From positions 310,001-374,000 of the forward strand of contig JBEWZL010000003.1 in assembly GCA_045837725.1 (NCBI GenBank): a stretch of DNA of 64,000 bases, written 5' to 3'. The stretch comes from Vermamoeba vermiformis. Its lineage: Eukaryota. Each line of letters opens with the position of its first letter. The first letter of the stretch is position 1. A model generated the notes under the pieces. That model had not been told where the DNA came from. It searched no databases and saw only the letters and a program-made list of their open reading frames with translations. Of the stretch, positions 14,229 through 29,166 are shown piece after piece. Both the position numbers and the translations under genes were made by a program.

Positions 14229-16590
14229 ATGGGCAACGCACCTTCAGATAAGAAACCACGTGTAAATCCAAATTCAACGGCTAGATACAAGGCTGCAATG
14301 CCAAATTCAACGAATAATAATTTGCAAGTAAATAATACTGGTGATAATAATCAGAAAGCACCAGCTGAAGAATCGGATGAGTCGGATTCATCGAGCGAAA
14401 ATTACAGCTTTGGTAATTCGCAGTTTATTGCCCGCAGCGACCCTGATGCGAATTATAGGTAATTTATACACGCTTAATAACGAGTTATTTTGCGTTAGAA
14501 ATGGAATTCTAAATCCGCTACAATTTGTCAGTGACCTTTAAATTCATTCCTATGCATTATTTCTGACCGTTATTATGTGGATAATATTATTTATATTTTA
14601 TTAATATTTTTAATCACTATTAGCTTGATCGATATGCCCAATGAAATTCTGTGTTTGTTGATCGCAAATCTGGAAGCTAAAAACGACATCAGATCTCTCA
14701 TGTTTACGAGCAAAATATTCGTCGAGCTCGTATACTACTCATGGTCACGCTTATCCATGCAATACGACAACAAATTGACTTACCATCAATTTTTATTATT
14801 GCCTGCTGAACGGCTCAACTACTTAATCGAATTAGGTCAGTTAAAATAACAAATTATAAATATATTTATTAATTTTAATTAATTTTAAGATATTTCGTAC
14901 TGCTCTAAGATGACTAACGCGCTATTCAATCAAATTCTCGAAAAGACTCCGAACTTGCAAGTTTTAAAAATGAAAAGATGCAAGAGATTAACAAGACCTT
15001 CGTTTTCTAAACTAGCACGTAAGTATATAATAAGAATTAAAACGAAAAACGATTAATTTAAATTTCGTTTGGGATCTGATCCATTTTTTAAATTAGAATC
15101 GTTTACGAGATTGACCTCGTTGGATGCGCGCTATTGTAATGCTGAAGAAATACATTACGCTGATTTTCCTTATAATCCAAACTTAAAAGAGCTTGGAATA
15201 TGTCCCAGTGTGTTAGGCAAATTCGATTTGGATCCGCTGGCAATAACGCACTTAAATTTAAAATCGGAAGCCATAAGAAATTACGATAGATTATCTATCC
15301 AGATGGAAGATTTATACGAGTAAGACCAGTTATAAATAATCCCCAGTATTTTTTAATAATTATTTATTTTTTTATTTTTTTTAGGTTTGCCAATTTGGTG
15401 ACTTTTAAAGGCAGAATTAAAGTAACAGGTGATCATAATGGGAGATTCTGGGTACGGCTTGATCAAGCATTGCTAGCTCTAAACACCAATTCTAACGGCT
15501 ACTTTAATTGTATTACAGCGTCAGCAAGACTTTGAGGAACCAACATCCGTTTCTAATTATTTTGATTTTTCCGCGTTTAAAGAACTGGAAAATTTGTCGC
15601 TGACAAACGAAGTCGGTTCCTTCAAATTTGCAAACCCACAGAAGTAAGTACGATTTGATTTATTGTTTATCAAATAAGGAAACTCGATAGAATTATTCAC
15701 CTGCAAATGAATGTCATATTAAATTTCCTTTTTAGGATAAAACGACTGTCGTTCATGCCAGCCTTTTTCGACGGCACGGCGTTTGGTATGTAGTCAGTGT
15801 TAAATTTCCTAATTTGGTAATAATAATTATAATTTGCATGCTTAGCTGACATGGGCAATTTAATTTCACTGAAAATGAAGCCACGTGCCAATAGAAACGA
15901 AGGGGGCCTTACAAATTTCACACTCGCTCATTTACCGAAATTAGAAGTGCTGCAATGTGAAATGTAAGATAATCTCGAATATAATATTATTATTTTATTA
16001 ATTTTATTTTAGTTTGGTCACAAAAGCTGAATTGGCCGAGCGGTCAACTTTGACGAAATTGGATGTACCTTTTCAAAACAAAGAATTCGCGATAGCAGCT
16101 ATATCAGCTCTTCCTAATCTCACATCATTTGCATATCGCGGAATGATCGATAAGGACCTGTTTCAAGCTCTTCGTTCACTGAAAAAATTGGAACATTTGC
16201 AGTTCAGTTCGATCCACCCCGGCGCCAAAAAATTAAACTGGAGAAGGCTGAAAACTCTTAAATCTATTAGAATAACAGTAGGTTATATCATTTTATATAT
16301 ATTCATGCTTATATTACTCGATTTAGGACTGTTCGTATGATGGATCGGCGAATCTGTTGCAACAGCTGAAACAAATCCCGAAACTTGAAAAGCTTCATCT
16401 GCGCAGTACCGATGGATCTCGCCTTATACTATCAAACTCTGATCATATGAGCCAATTCTGCAAATATTTTGAAGGATTTCCGTCGTTGAAAGTTCTCATC
16501 ATGCGCGACAATATTTTTTATTACAATGAACGAGAAGAAGCGTTGATGAAAATTAAAGGATTGACTTACGTAGATTGTCAACGATTATAG
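14229..16590 (+). CDS. F-box/leucine-rich-repeat protein with possible N-myristoylation (MGNAPS)
   Basis: F-box-like LIDMPNEILCLLI...LMFTSK followed by AMN1-type LRRs (LDISYCSKMTN, TPNLQVLKMKRC, LPNLTSF, LEKLHL). Confidence 0.7.
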
Positions 16591-16901
16591 TAAATAATAG
16601 AGTATGGTTCAAGCTCTTTTTTACGCTTGATCTCAGATCCAAGCATTTTGTTATCCGGTACAATACCACAAACTCCTTAAAATCGCAAATTAATTAATAT
16701 GATCGGCATTATAATTTCTAATCGGCTTTATTATTGCATAATAAAGTTCACGGAGAAGCGATCGGAATCTGAGCGAAACTCCAATTCGATTGCAATAAGT
16801 TTGCTTATTTTGGATTTATAATTACTTATGTTATTAAAGCGAAATCGTTGTTTGATTAGAGCACCACCGCTCTTTTTTATTAATAAGGAGAGCTGCTAGC
16901 A

Positions 16902-17941
16902 ATGTCGAACGAGTTTAATCTTTCGACCTACGAAATAGTTGCACCAGCCGTCTCGGCAGCATTAATGATATCGTAAGTAAATGCATATATTATAATATTC
17001 CTATATTATTTCACTTTCTGGGCCATTTTTACCAATTTTTACTTTTTTTTCAAGTCCTTTGCTAAAAATTGAATTTAGGTATCAAATAGGCTGGCTAATA
17101 GAAGTACGATATTATCCGCATAGAACATTATTAAGAGATGTATTTGAAGTCGCGAGGAACTGGGTTGATTTTATTCGGGAAGATGTCAAAACCAATGCCA
17201 TTTTAGCAGTACAAACATCCAGGTACGATTTAACCGCCTTTAGTAACTCGTATATAACCCTATAAAAATGCTAATTTGTTTAATTTCAAACAAGAAACGG
17301 GATCTCAGCGTCAACATTTTTTGCTACCGTTTCTAGGTTCGTTACAATATCATTATTAACATCAATGATAATACTAAAATTTTACTTATTCATATAGCTC
17401 CATCGCCTTTATTATTTTACCCTTGACAGCGAATGTGGATGCGTATTTACGGATCAAGTACCTTATCGTAGCGGCATTTTTAACTCTATCATTCCTAAAT
17501 AATGGTATTGTTATTCGTAACTATAAGCACGTCTCTTGGATCGTTGGCACGCCGTGTAAAAACGACAATGCAGCGGAAACCAAAGGCGTTAAATTGAACG
17601 AACAAAAAATTCGAGAAGTCTCCTGTCATCTGTTAAAAAGAGCCTCGTTGCATTGGAATATAGGTAAAAAGAGTATTAATGAGACAAAAGACCAAAATCA
17701 AGTCCTACGTTTTTTTTTCCAAATTAAATTCCATTTGTCTGATCGAAATTCAGTTGGCTTAGGTTATCTGATAGAAGAATATTATGAAGATGCTAAATCA
17801 TACTAACGCGCATCATTTGTAGGAATCAGATGCTTCTACTTCGCTATTCAGGCAGCTGCTTGGGCTTTAGATCCGACTGCCGTAATCGTAGTGACCGTAG
17901 TACTCATTGTAATATTAATATTCACTGACCATCCGTTCTAA
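16902..17941 (+). CDS. DUF599-family membrane protein
   Basis: ARNWV...NAILAVQTSRNGISASTFFATVSS and LHWNIGIRCFYFAI resemble DUF599; several TM segments. Confidence 0.8.
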
Positions 17942-18272
17942 ATAACGAGTCGATAATACTGGAACAATAATAATTGGTTGACGTCTGAATGTAGCGGAGA
18001 TCCTCAATTTTGTACTGGCATTTCCTTTTTTGGAAATGACTCCTTCGAGGAAGCTACCGTGGGCCACTGTATATAACAATGTAGATAAATAACTCAGCCT
18101 CATTTAACCGCTCAAAATAATTATCGATTGTACTCTTAATAGATCCAGCTCAACTATATTCGTTACAAATACCATACAACGAAAGTATTAAATATCCAAC
18201 CGGCACGTAGTATTTAGATTTTTTTTGTTTATTGGTTCAAAAATTGTTCTCCAGCCTCTCCTATTACATAAT

Positions 18273-20281
18273 TTACATAACAACGCAATCTTTTTTGCCC
18301 TTTTTGCCGCCACTACCCGATTTGAGGCTCATAACGCGCTCTATCAGCGGCTCAAAGACTTTTTCGACGTTAATCAACTGTTTGGCCGATGTCTCGACAA
18401 ATCTGCACTTCAACTGCTTGGCCAACGTGTCACCCTCTTCAGTCGTGATCAATCGCGTGTCGACCAAGTCAATCTTGTTGCCGACCATAGCCATAATAGG
18501 ACCGTCTTCTTCGTTGTCAATTTGATCGACACCTTTGACCGCTAAAATCTTGTCGCGGATGTCCTTCACTTTCTCGAATGTGTATCGCTCGGCCACGCTG
18601 TAAACTAACACAAAAGCATCGCCGTACTTCATGTACATGTCACGCACTAGTGAAAAAAATCCTCGTTAGAACCCGTCATTGACAGGTAAATGTCAAAAAA
18701 TGACTCGCTTCAATGAGCACTTACCATCTTCGAATTGTTCAGAGCCGGCAGTATCCAAAATTTCAACGGTGATAGTCTCTTTATGGAACTCGATTTGCTT
18801 AGTCAAAGTGTCGCTCAGTGTGGGAATGTAATTCTTCGGGAACTCGCCGGTGATGAAAACTTTGGACAGCGATGATTTGCCGGCACCAGCAGCACCGAGC
18901 ACGACAATACGGCAATCGACTTTATCACCGCTTTGGAAGTTCTTTGACGTCGGTGCTGTTGACAGGCCCGGCGACAACTTGGCATTCGTGCTGGATCTGC
19001 GCGGACCAGTGGGTTGTAAGGTCGCTGAAGATGTTGTCGAGGACATGCTGGCCGTTGAGACACCAGAATGCATTGTCGCTGTGGAGGCTGAGTTGACCAT
19101 TTCTAAAAGTAAACGTTAGTAACAGCTCAAATTACTCTTTCTTGGACAACTAATCAAATCTGAACGAGATCCGGATTAAAATAATAATTTGAATGCGTAC
19201 CCTTAGGCTCTTTCTTGCGCGACGAAGCACGTTTTTTCTTCTTTTTATCGTCCTCAGCGGTGTCTTTAGGCTTGGGCTTAACAAAGTCCGTGGTCAATTC
19301 AACGAACACTTTGTCGATGTTGATGTTCGTCTTGGCAGAAGTCTCGTAGAACTTAGCTCTAAGATTTTGAGCCAAGGTCTCGCCTAGTTACCAAATAAGG
19401 AAAATCAATAAAATGCAAACATTACACTAAGTAAAAAATAATCGGAAACTCGATGTATCGAAAAATAAATTTTCGTTAACTAATAGCTAGTAATTATTAT
19501 ATCTTACCTTCAGCAGTGGAAATTGTTCGTTTTTCGACCAAGTCACATTTGTTAGCAGCAATAATAATGGGCACATTATCACCGTGGGCATCAACCACTT
19601 TGTCGCGCAGATCTTTCACGACGTTGAATGAGTTTCTATCAGCAATGCTATACACAATCAAAAATGCATTGCCCTTAGTAATGTATTGATCTGAGGCTGC
19701 TTCGAAGAGTTCAGATCCGGCTGTATCGAGAATTTCAACTTTGTACATTTTGCCGTCAACATTAACGTCCTTATTGTAATAGTCTTCGAGGGTCGGCACG
19801 TATTGCTCTTTAAAGTAGCCCTGCACGAAGTGCAACGACATGGAACTTTTGCCTAAAAAAGTCGAAAATAAAGTTAAGAAATGTGATCAGAAGATCTGGA
19901 TCGATTTTAAAAATTCTCTTAGAGAATTGTTATATATAATACTCTTTATAAATTATACTAACCAGTTCCGGCTGCTCCTAAAACGACTAAGCACACATCA
20001 GGTCCCTTTCCTGCGTAACACAAAAAAAGTTAAAAAATGAAATAGCAGGGAAGGAAGTGTTGAATTCGGTTGTAGCGTCGTCTTAATGACAAATAATTAT
20101 ATGTTAATATGGTAGTGGTATTATCGTATTTCAATTCGCTGAGGGAAAGTCTAAACAATTTAGAAGCGCAACAAATAAATAATATAAAATTCTTAGTTGA
20201 CCAGCCGCCAAGCTGAGTTACATGCAGCTATAGTATACTATTATTGTCTTTTTTTTTGCGTTGTTTCTTACCTTTCGACAT
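18273..20281 (-). CDS. Tandem double Ras-family GTPase (two G domains in one ORF) ending in CAAX
   Basis: Domain 1: GAAGTGKS/PTLED/DTAGSE/NKCD/ETSAK. A phase-1 intron (19200-19103) joins it in frame through a Ser/Thr linker. Domain 2: GAAGAGKS/DTAGSE/NKID/ETSAK, ending KKGKKDCVVM. Confidence 0.85.
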
Positions 20282-20718
20282 TTTGTAATTACTGGTTATG
20301 CAACCGCTACAATTTAAAAAAGAAAATAATTAGTTATTGTTGAGGCTTGCAATACGTAAATAAATATTGTATTATTGACACATTAACTTTAAGCGACAGA
20401 TTGAAAATTAAATAAAAAAGGAAAAGCAAATCTGAGATTGGGTCGAATTGTCCGAAGACCAACATGGCTCGTCTACGGAATAATATACGTTTACTTACCT
20501 AGTAGCTGTGTTGTTATGCTTGAAATTGATTTAAAATTGTTCCCTTGCAAATGCCACAATTTACCACAGAGCCGGGAGATTAACGCGAGATTTTACGGAA
20601 TTAATAATCGTCGCACATCAGACAGATGAGTATTTTAAGCGTTATTTATTGATAAATAGTGTCTTGCGTATTTACAATTGGTTTGACTTTCTTATTGACG
20701 AATTATTTTGTTTTAGTT

Positions 20719-22470
20719 TTACACGTTTTTGTCTCCACCCGGATTTGGTTGCTGCTGGTTTGAACCAATCGGCAGCTTCAATGTAACACCTGCATCATTT
20801 CCATTTTCATGATGGTCGCCATCGTGGTCATCACCAGGATCAGTATCAGCGCCGTAAGTGTCGCCATCTTCCAAATCCACATCCTCGTGGGTTTGACCTT
20901 CAGCATTCATAGTCATGCCATCTTCATCGTCATCAATATCGGGGTCTTTTCGGCCAAATCGATCGATCTTCACGCACTTTTTGCGGCACAAGAAGATGAG
21001 CAAGACACCAACGGACAACAAAATTGCCGCAATAATAATAGGATACTTCGTGCGATTGTCTGAAGGAACCTGAGATGATGGTCCTAAATAATAGGGCGTC
21101 TCTCCTTCAGTAGTTGGCACGAAAACTGCGCAATCTGAGGAAGGTGGATTCGTAGGAACATAACCTTCCATGCAATGGCAAGTAGTAGAGCATCCAAGGC
21201 CGCCTATATTCCATTAATACTTGTACCATTTTAAATTGTTGTTCAATAGTTTAAGGTCTTTGTAACTCTAAAATTTTGCCTCGTTCGAATTTGTAACGGA
21301 CTGGATGCAGCACTTACCATCACACTCTTCAGTTTCAGAGTTAACATTACCATCACCGCATGATAGTCTGCAATCAATAGACACTGGCTCGTCGGGCACG
21401 TAGCCAGGGAGGCACATACAAGTTGAATTGCATCCCACTCCTCCGTCGCATTGCTCGTCACCAGTTAATTCTCCATCGCCGCATTCTTAATAGAATATTA
21501 ATATATATGAATTGGAAGTAATTAACGTAATTTCGAATAACAAGGATATGCGGGATTCGGAATTTGGGCGGGATCACAAAAACTTACGCATCCACGCTTG
21601 CATATTGAATTATAATATCGAATAGATTATTGATATGGCAATAATTTTACCAATTTATCAAGTTAATATTACCTTTCTCGATCCAGGCGATTCTGAGTGC
21701 AATGGAATCTACAAACGCAGTGGACAGTACGGAGCCCGGAGAGATAGACAAGCCCACTCCAAAGCCGTCAGCATTAACCTATAAATTAAATGAAGCAATA
21801 AGCAAGCTGTTTTGAGTTCAATTGTCACTAGATCGCGTTCCGTTAGAAAATTGCAAAAATTTGATAAATAGGGAAAATAATATCAGGGCTCGCTAAATAA
21901 ATTTTAATTGTGTAATGTTAAAAATTTAGTGAGGTCGTCAAAGCCAAAATACGTAAATTAAAGAATTAAAAATTAAATAGGTGAAGATCTTACCACTGCA
22001 GCCGTCGGCCATGCGGTCTCGACCGACCAAACACTACTAACACCTCCATAAGAGGCTGTAACAACAGTTTCAGTCCAAGTATTGGTCGGCAAAAGCGACA
22101 GCAGAGTTTCTTCTTGGGTTTTGATCTGAATTTCAGCGTCGCTTATCGGGGTAGCTTGAGTATCATTAACCTCTATATGAGCATATCGCCTAATAGCCAC
22201 CTCAATTCGGGTGATATTAGCAACTGCATCCACAGGAAGGCCGAACGCGAAGTTCGAGCAGTAAAGCTCTGGAGCGGGTCTTGTAATTGAAATAATTGAG
22301 TATTTGCTATCGTCATTTCCAGTAGCATTTTGAGTATATGCCCATGTTTTTTGATATTGAGTTGTGCTGCTGCATCTGTTGGCGTATTTTACCCTTGTTT
22401 TCTCGATCGTACTTTCTGCTACGAATATGCAGCCAATAAATAATAGGAATAATAAATAATGAGACTTCAT
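20719..22470 (-). CDS. Type I membrane protein with cysteine-rich CGDG...ECDG repeats
   Basis: Signal peptide; CGDGELTGDEQCDGGVGCNSTC and CGDGNVNSETEECDG; TM PIIIAAILLSVGVLLIFLC; acidic tail. Confidence 0.7.
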
Positions 22471-22668
22471 GGTGATATATAAATACTATCGTCTCGCTTG
22501 TTGCATTGTTGAAAAAATTGTTACAATAAAATGAAAATTAACCGTTTTTTCCTTTTACCCGACACCCCCGCTCCAAAACACAACAATCCCCGCACTGGAC
22601 TTGCAATATTTGTACTAGCCCCGAAACAAAAAATATTGAGACAGAGAAGGGTCAGCCATTATCTGAAA

Positions 22669-22880
22669 AAGGTTAGAATGTCAGCCAGTTTGGATGTCGA
22701 TCGACACTAGATCTGGGCTACCGCTCGCGGAACTGGCCGATTAACCAAGAGGTACTGTTATAAAACTAAATTACCTCGCGGACGTAATTTAGTCAATCGT
22801 GGTACTCGTTTGTTGGCCAGATCCGATCTCGTCGCTGGTGTCTACTGCATTCAATCCAAGCTAGGTTGTTTCAACATCTT
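22669..22880 (+). ncRNA. Candidate unclassified rod-like structured RNA
   Basis: Six nested helices whose non-Watson-Crick pairs are all G-U on the + strand; intergenic with no ORF. Confidence 0.45.
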
Positions 22881-23111
22881 TATTGTTACAACGATTTTAA
22901 AAAAAAGATAACAAACAAGACCAGGCAAGACGAAAAAATTCCCGCGCAAATCCGTTAATTTCGATCTCTCTAAAACTGAGCAGTTAATTTCAATAGAGAA
23001 GACACGTAATTCATTTACATTCGGTTTTTATTCGAAATCTTGCATGCAGACATGAATGGATAATAAGTTAGTTTCCACTGGTTTTTACATTACAGAACGG
23101 TTATTAGTTGT

Positions 23112-25518
<2,407 letters not shown>

Positions 25519-25729
25519 TTTAAATAGAGTTTGTTGATCCTCTCTCTATGAAAAAATAAAAATAGGAGCTTGGTTAGACCGATTTTTTGGTGGTCCGCCA
25601 AAAGTGAAGCGCGATACGTGATTGGTCAAAACTTTCTGGTTGACTTTTCGTTGACCAACAACTGGAACAAAACCAAAAAATCAGGCCATAGCGAGCTTAT
25701 TTATTATTTTCAATAACATATTCCCAACA
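25519..25729. promoter_or_regulatory. Putative bidirectional promoter shared by ATP2 and ATP16
   Basis: 211 bp between divergent start codons; contains ATTGG (a CCAAT box on the minus strand) at 25621 and repeated TTGGT/TTGAC words. Confidence 0.55.
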
Positions 25730-26435
25730 ATGTTCGGAGCTGTCACCCGTACTCTGTTCAAGGCATCAGCCAGATCCAACAAAACTGGCGCTTTTCTTAT
25801 TGCCAGAAACTATGCCGATGCTGTTTCAACCAACAGAGCTGAAAATAAATTGAGACTTACTGTCGCCACACCCTCTGGCGCTTTGTACACCGATACTGTT
25901 GTCGAAAAAGTCAAAATTCCCGGTGCTTCTGGAGATTACACCGTTTTGGCCAACCACGTTCCTTATATCAGCGAACTCAGACCTGGAATAGTCATCATTG
26001 TTAAGGAGGATAAAACGGAGGAGAAATATTTCACCAGCGGTGGCTTTGCTTTCGTCCACAGAGACTCCACCTGCAACATCAACGCTGTCGAGATGTAAGT
26101 AAAATTATTATTTCATTTATTTTCAATTGAAAATTACCAAATAATATAGGGACACGTTATTGTCGATATATTAAACAATATTATATATTTTTAAATATTA
26201 TTGGATGGTATTTGAGAGATATTTTTGTCAAATCTGATCTCTGTTGCTAATAATCATATTTTTCGAAAATAGCGTTCCTTTGTCTGAATTGGACGGTGAC
26301 GCCGCTCAACGCACTTTGGGTAAATGGCAAGAACAATCTGCCAGAGCTACAAACGAAAAGGATAAGGCCATTGCTCGTATTGGTCTCGAGGCTGCTACTG
26401 CCATTGTTCAAGCTTTGGGTCTCTCAACTAAATAA
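25730..26435 (+). CDS. ATP16: Mitochondrial F1 ATP synthase delta subunit (2 exons)
   Basis: Presequence; LRLTVATP, IPGASGDYTVLANHVPYISELRPG and YFTSGGFAFVH. Confidence 0.95.
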
Positions 26436-26672
26436 GATAAATAACTTAATATCGACAACAATAATGCCATTTATTCAATAACTATTCATTTGCTTTATTT
26501 TTCCTTGTTAAAGCAATTCCGCCACCCCTCACTCCTTTGTAAAATACTCTTACGGGTGTATCATTAAAGGAATATTTACTGAATATCAGTCTTGGTCTAT
26601 ATTGACGATTTTCAATGCTGTATGGTACATGGTTTATTTACATTCGTCGCTACAAGTCTTGGCGCTCAAAAT

Positions 26673-28446
26673 CTATTGTAACATTTGAATGCGAATCTTA
26701 TTCTTCTTTTTCGGCGGAGACTCGTTATCTGTTACGTTTGTATTGTTTTCGATCGGATTTGCGTTGGCTCCGATCCAAAGTAAGGAAAGTTTTGCATCTG
26801 AGAATTCTCCGCTTGTTGGAGGGCTCGGCTGCGGAGTACCATTAGGCGTAGACTTCTCTGAGGTGCCATTGCTGTCAATATGTCCATGCCCGTTCATTTC
26901 AGACTTGGATTCGGGCTCTGTTTTCTTTTGTTTAACCTCTTTAGACTTCAGATCAGGAGACGATGGCGCACCGAAGGGCAGCTTTTTCTTCTTGTGTTTG
27001 TAGATTTCTTTGACATCGGCATACGGGTGCATCATAAGAGAATTATAAAGGTCATTTGGCACGCGTTGTAACAGCTGCAGCGACAGGTTAATGATGGACT
27101 GAGCGTTCAGCTTTGGCCACCGCTGAGGCAGTAGCAGATTGCCTAATCTGTTCAATTATGATACTATCAGATACGTCCTATTTAATGGGACTATTTAGAA
27201 GCACGTACTGTTTTTTCGTTGCCAGAAGTTCTTCTCGTCGAATGACAACTTGAGAAATTGCGAATAACACGTTTAAATGCACTCCAAAAGCAATGTAATG
27301 GTCCCACAGCTTCAATAACTCTTCTAAAGGTGGTTGGTGGCCGTTTAAACTTCGGATCGCTAAAGAAGAAGAAAGTTAAGGAAAATGAAGCTGAGCTTTG
27401 AATGAGCGTAAAAAAATCATTCGATTAATCAAGGATACGAGTTGAAGCATAAATATTGGCGGTCATCTTATTCTCGAGCAGATGTTTCGACAGATCTTCG
27501 TCAACAATCGCTAAGATTTGTTCGAATAGCTATAAATGCATTAATACTCGTGTCAATCGCCTTAAATAGCGCTTTACCATCGTAGCATCGATAGTTCCTT
27601 CAATTTGCGGTGATTTTTTGTAATATCGCGGAGCACAGACTGTCAAGAACTTGTAGAGGCAATAAAAAGCATCGACTTCTGGCATCACGTACAAGAACGG
27701 TATAATCCATTGAGTCATGCCTTGCGCATACGTAATATTTGCGGTAGGTGCTATATATATTGATCAATTAGTACGAAGTTACAGCAGAACAAAGATGCGA
27801 TCTGATCGTCATTTCGGATCCGAAAGTGTTATTATAAGTGATAATATTAAATATACTTACGTAAGGCGTGCATCAGTGCATTCGGTATGCGTACTAATTT
27901 CTCTGGTGGTATTTTACGGAACAAATCCGGGGTCAGCCTCAGTGCACGTTGAGCATAAAGCCTCTTCTCTTTCATAATCGTCTCGTGAAGTTCTTTATTG
28001 ATTGGTCCGCGAGCTACGAGATCGATGTAATTTTTGTAATCAATATTGCCAACTTGGAGCAAGATCTTCCAAACTTTCCCGCGTAACGATATTTTTTCGT
28101 CTGGATTCAGTTTTTTCTCCTCCTAATAATATTAAAAAAATTACAATATATTTTTGAGCGTAAAATAACGCCGTGATTACTATAGTAAAGACATTTGACA
28201 AATAAATCATTTTTAAATTAAAATTAAAATCGTATAATCGCTTATATATTAATAATATCGTGCGCTTACGTCTGTCTCTGGCGGCATTCCTTCTAATAAT
28301 ATTAATTTTCGTAATTCGTGCAACTTTTTGGGTATTTCGCTCGGGTGATCAGCGCCGTAAGCAATGATATCCTCATATTTCTTTCGTAATTCGGCTGGTG
28401 TTGCCGCTGATTTTTTCTTCTTTGGTGATTCGTTGTTGTCTTCCAT
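26673..28446 (-). CDS. Rab-GAP TBC domain protein, Bub2/Cdc16-like
   Basis: LRKLILLEGMP...LRGKVWKILL, YAQGM, FLYVMPEVDAFYC and LKLWDHYIAFGVHLNV. Confidence 0.8.
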
Positions 28447-28745
28447 TGTGCATTACGGTTGAAGATACGGAAAAGGCTCGCTAAACACTTTTCAGCGGCC
28501 GTCGTGATCCATCAGAGCTGCATACCTTGCAATACGAATGGTTAGATACCAACAGAAGACGGGTCATGATGTGGTTCAAAAACTCAAATTAGGAGATCAA
28601 TCGATCTCTTGAAAGAGTTCAGTACTGAAGTAACTTCGTCTGTTATTCCTTCGGGGTTAGATCTGCTCAATTTAGCCTACTATGGCCCTCATGAAGGCAT
28701 TATTTGTGGATGTAGTGACTCCAGCACGAAATAGCAGCGTATCTC

Positions 28746-28864
28746 GGGCACTACGACACTAACAAGAATGCACCGCTTCCCGTCCGATCAGCGAAGTTAA
28801 GCTTGTTCAGGCCTTCTTAGTACTGGGGTAGGAGACTACCTGGGAATCGGAGGTGTTGTGCTCT
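28746..28864 (+). rRNA. 5S rRNA gene (single dispersed copy)
   Basis: 119 nt with the eukaryotic 5S hallmarks GCACCGCTTCCCGTCCGATCAGCGAAGTTAAGC and TTAGTACTGGGG...GACTACCTGGGAA; helix I GGGCAC/GTGCTC; T-run terminator at 28869-28874. Confidence 0.95.
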
Positions 28865-29166
28865 TTACTTTTTTGGCCTTACGTCTTAGCCTATGTTTTG
28901 TTCGGGGACGATGATGCTTAGATCTGTTAGATCCAAAACCGAAAAGGCCAATAAGAATTCAAAGAGAGACAAACCGGATTATTAACCTCCATGCTCATAA
29001 ATAATAAGGGAAATTCCTTTTGGTTGCTGGTAGACAAAAATAGATCAGTTTTCATTCCGCCAACAAAATTTTCTGGCGGTTTGGTGTGATACCTTTTTTA
29101 ACCAACATTGTTGACGCTAGAGCACAAATACATTTAGTTATTATTTAAGGCTACTAGACTCACATT

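Noticed and set aside
28551-28690. Hairpins and an RNase P CR-V-like word upstream of the 5S gene
   Set aside because: Pairings are short and inconsistent, and the region is too small for RNase P/MRP.
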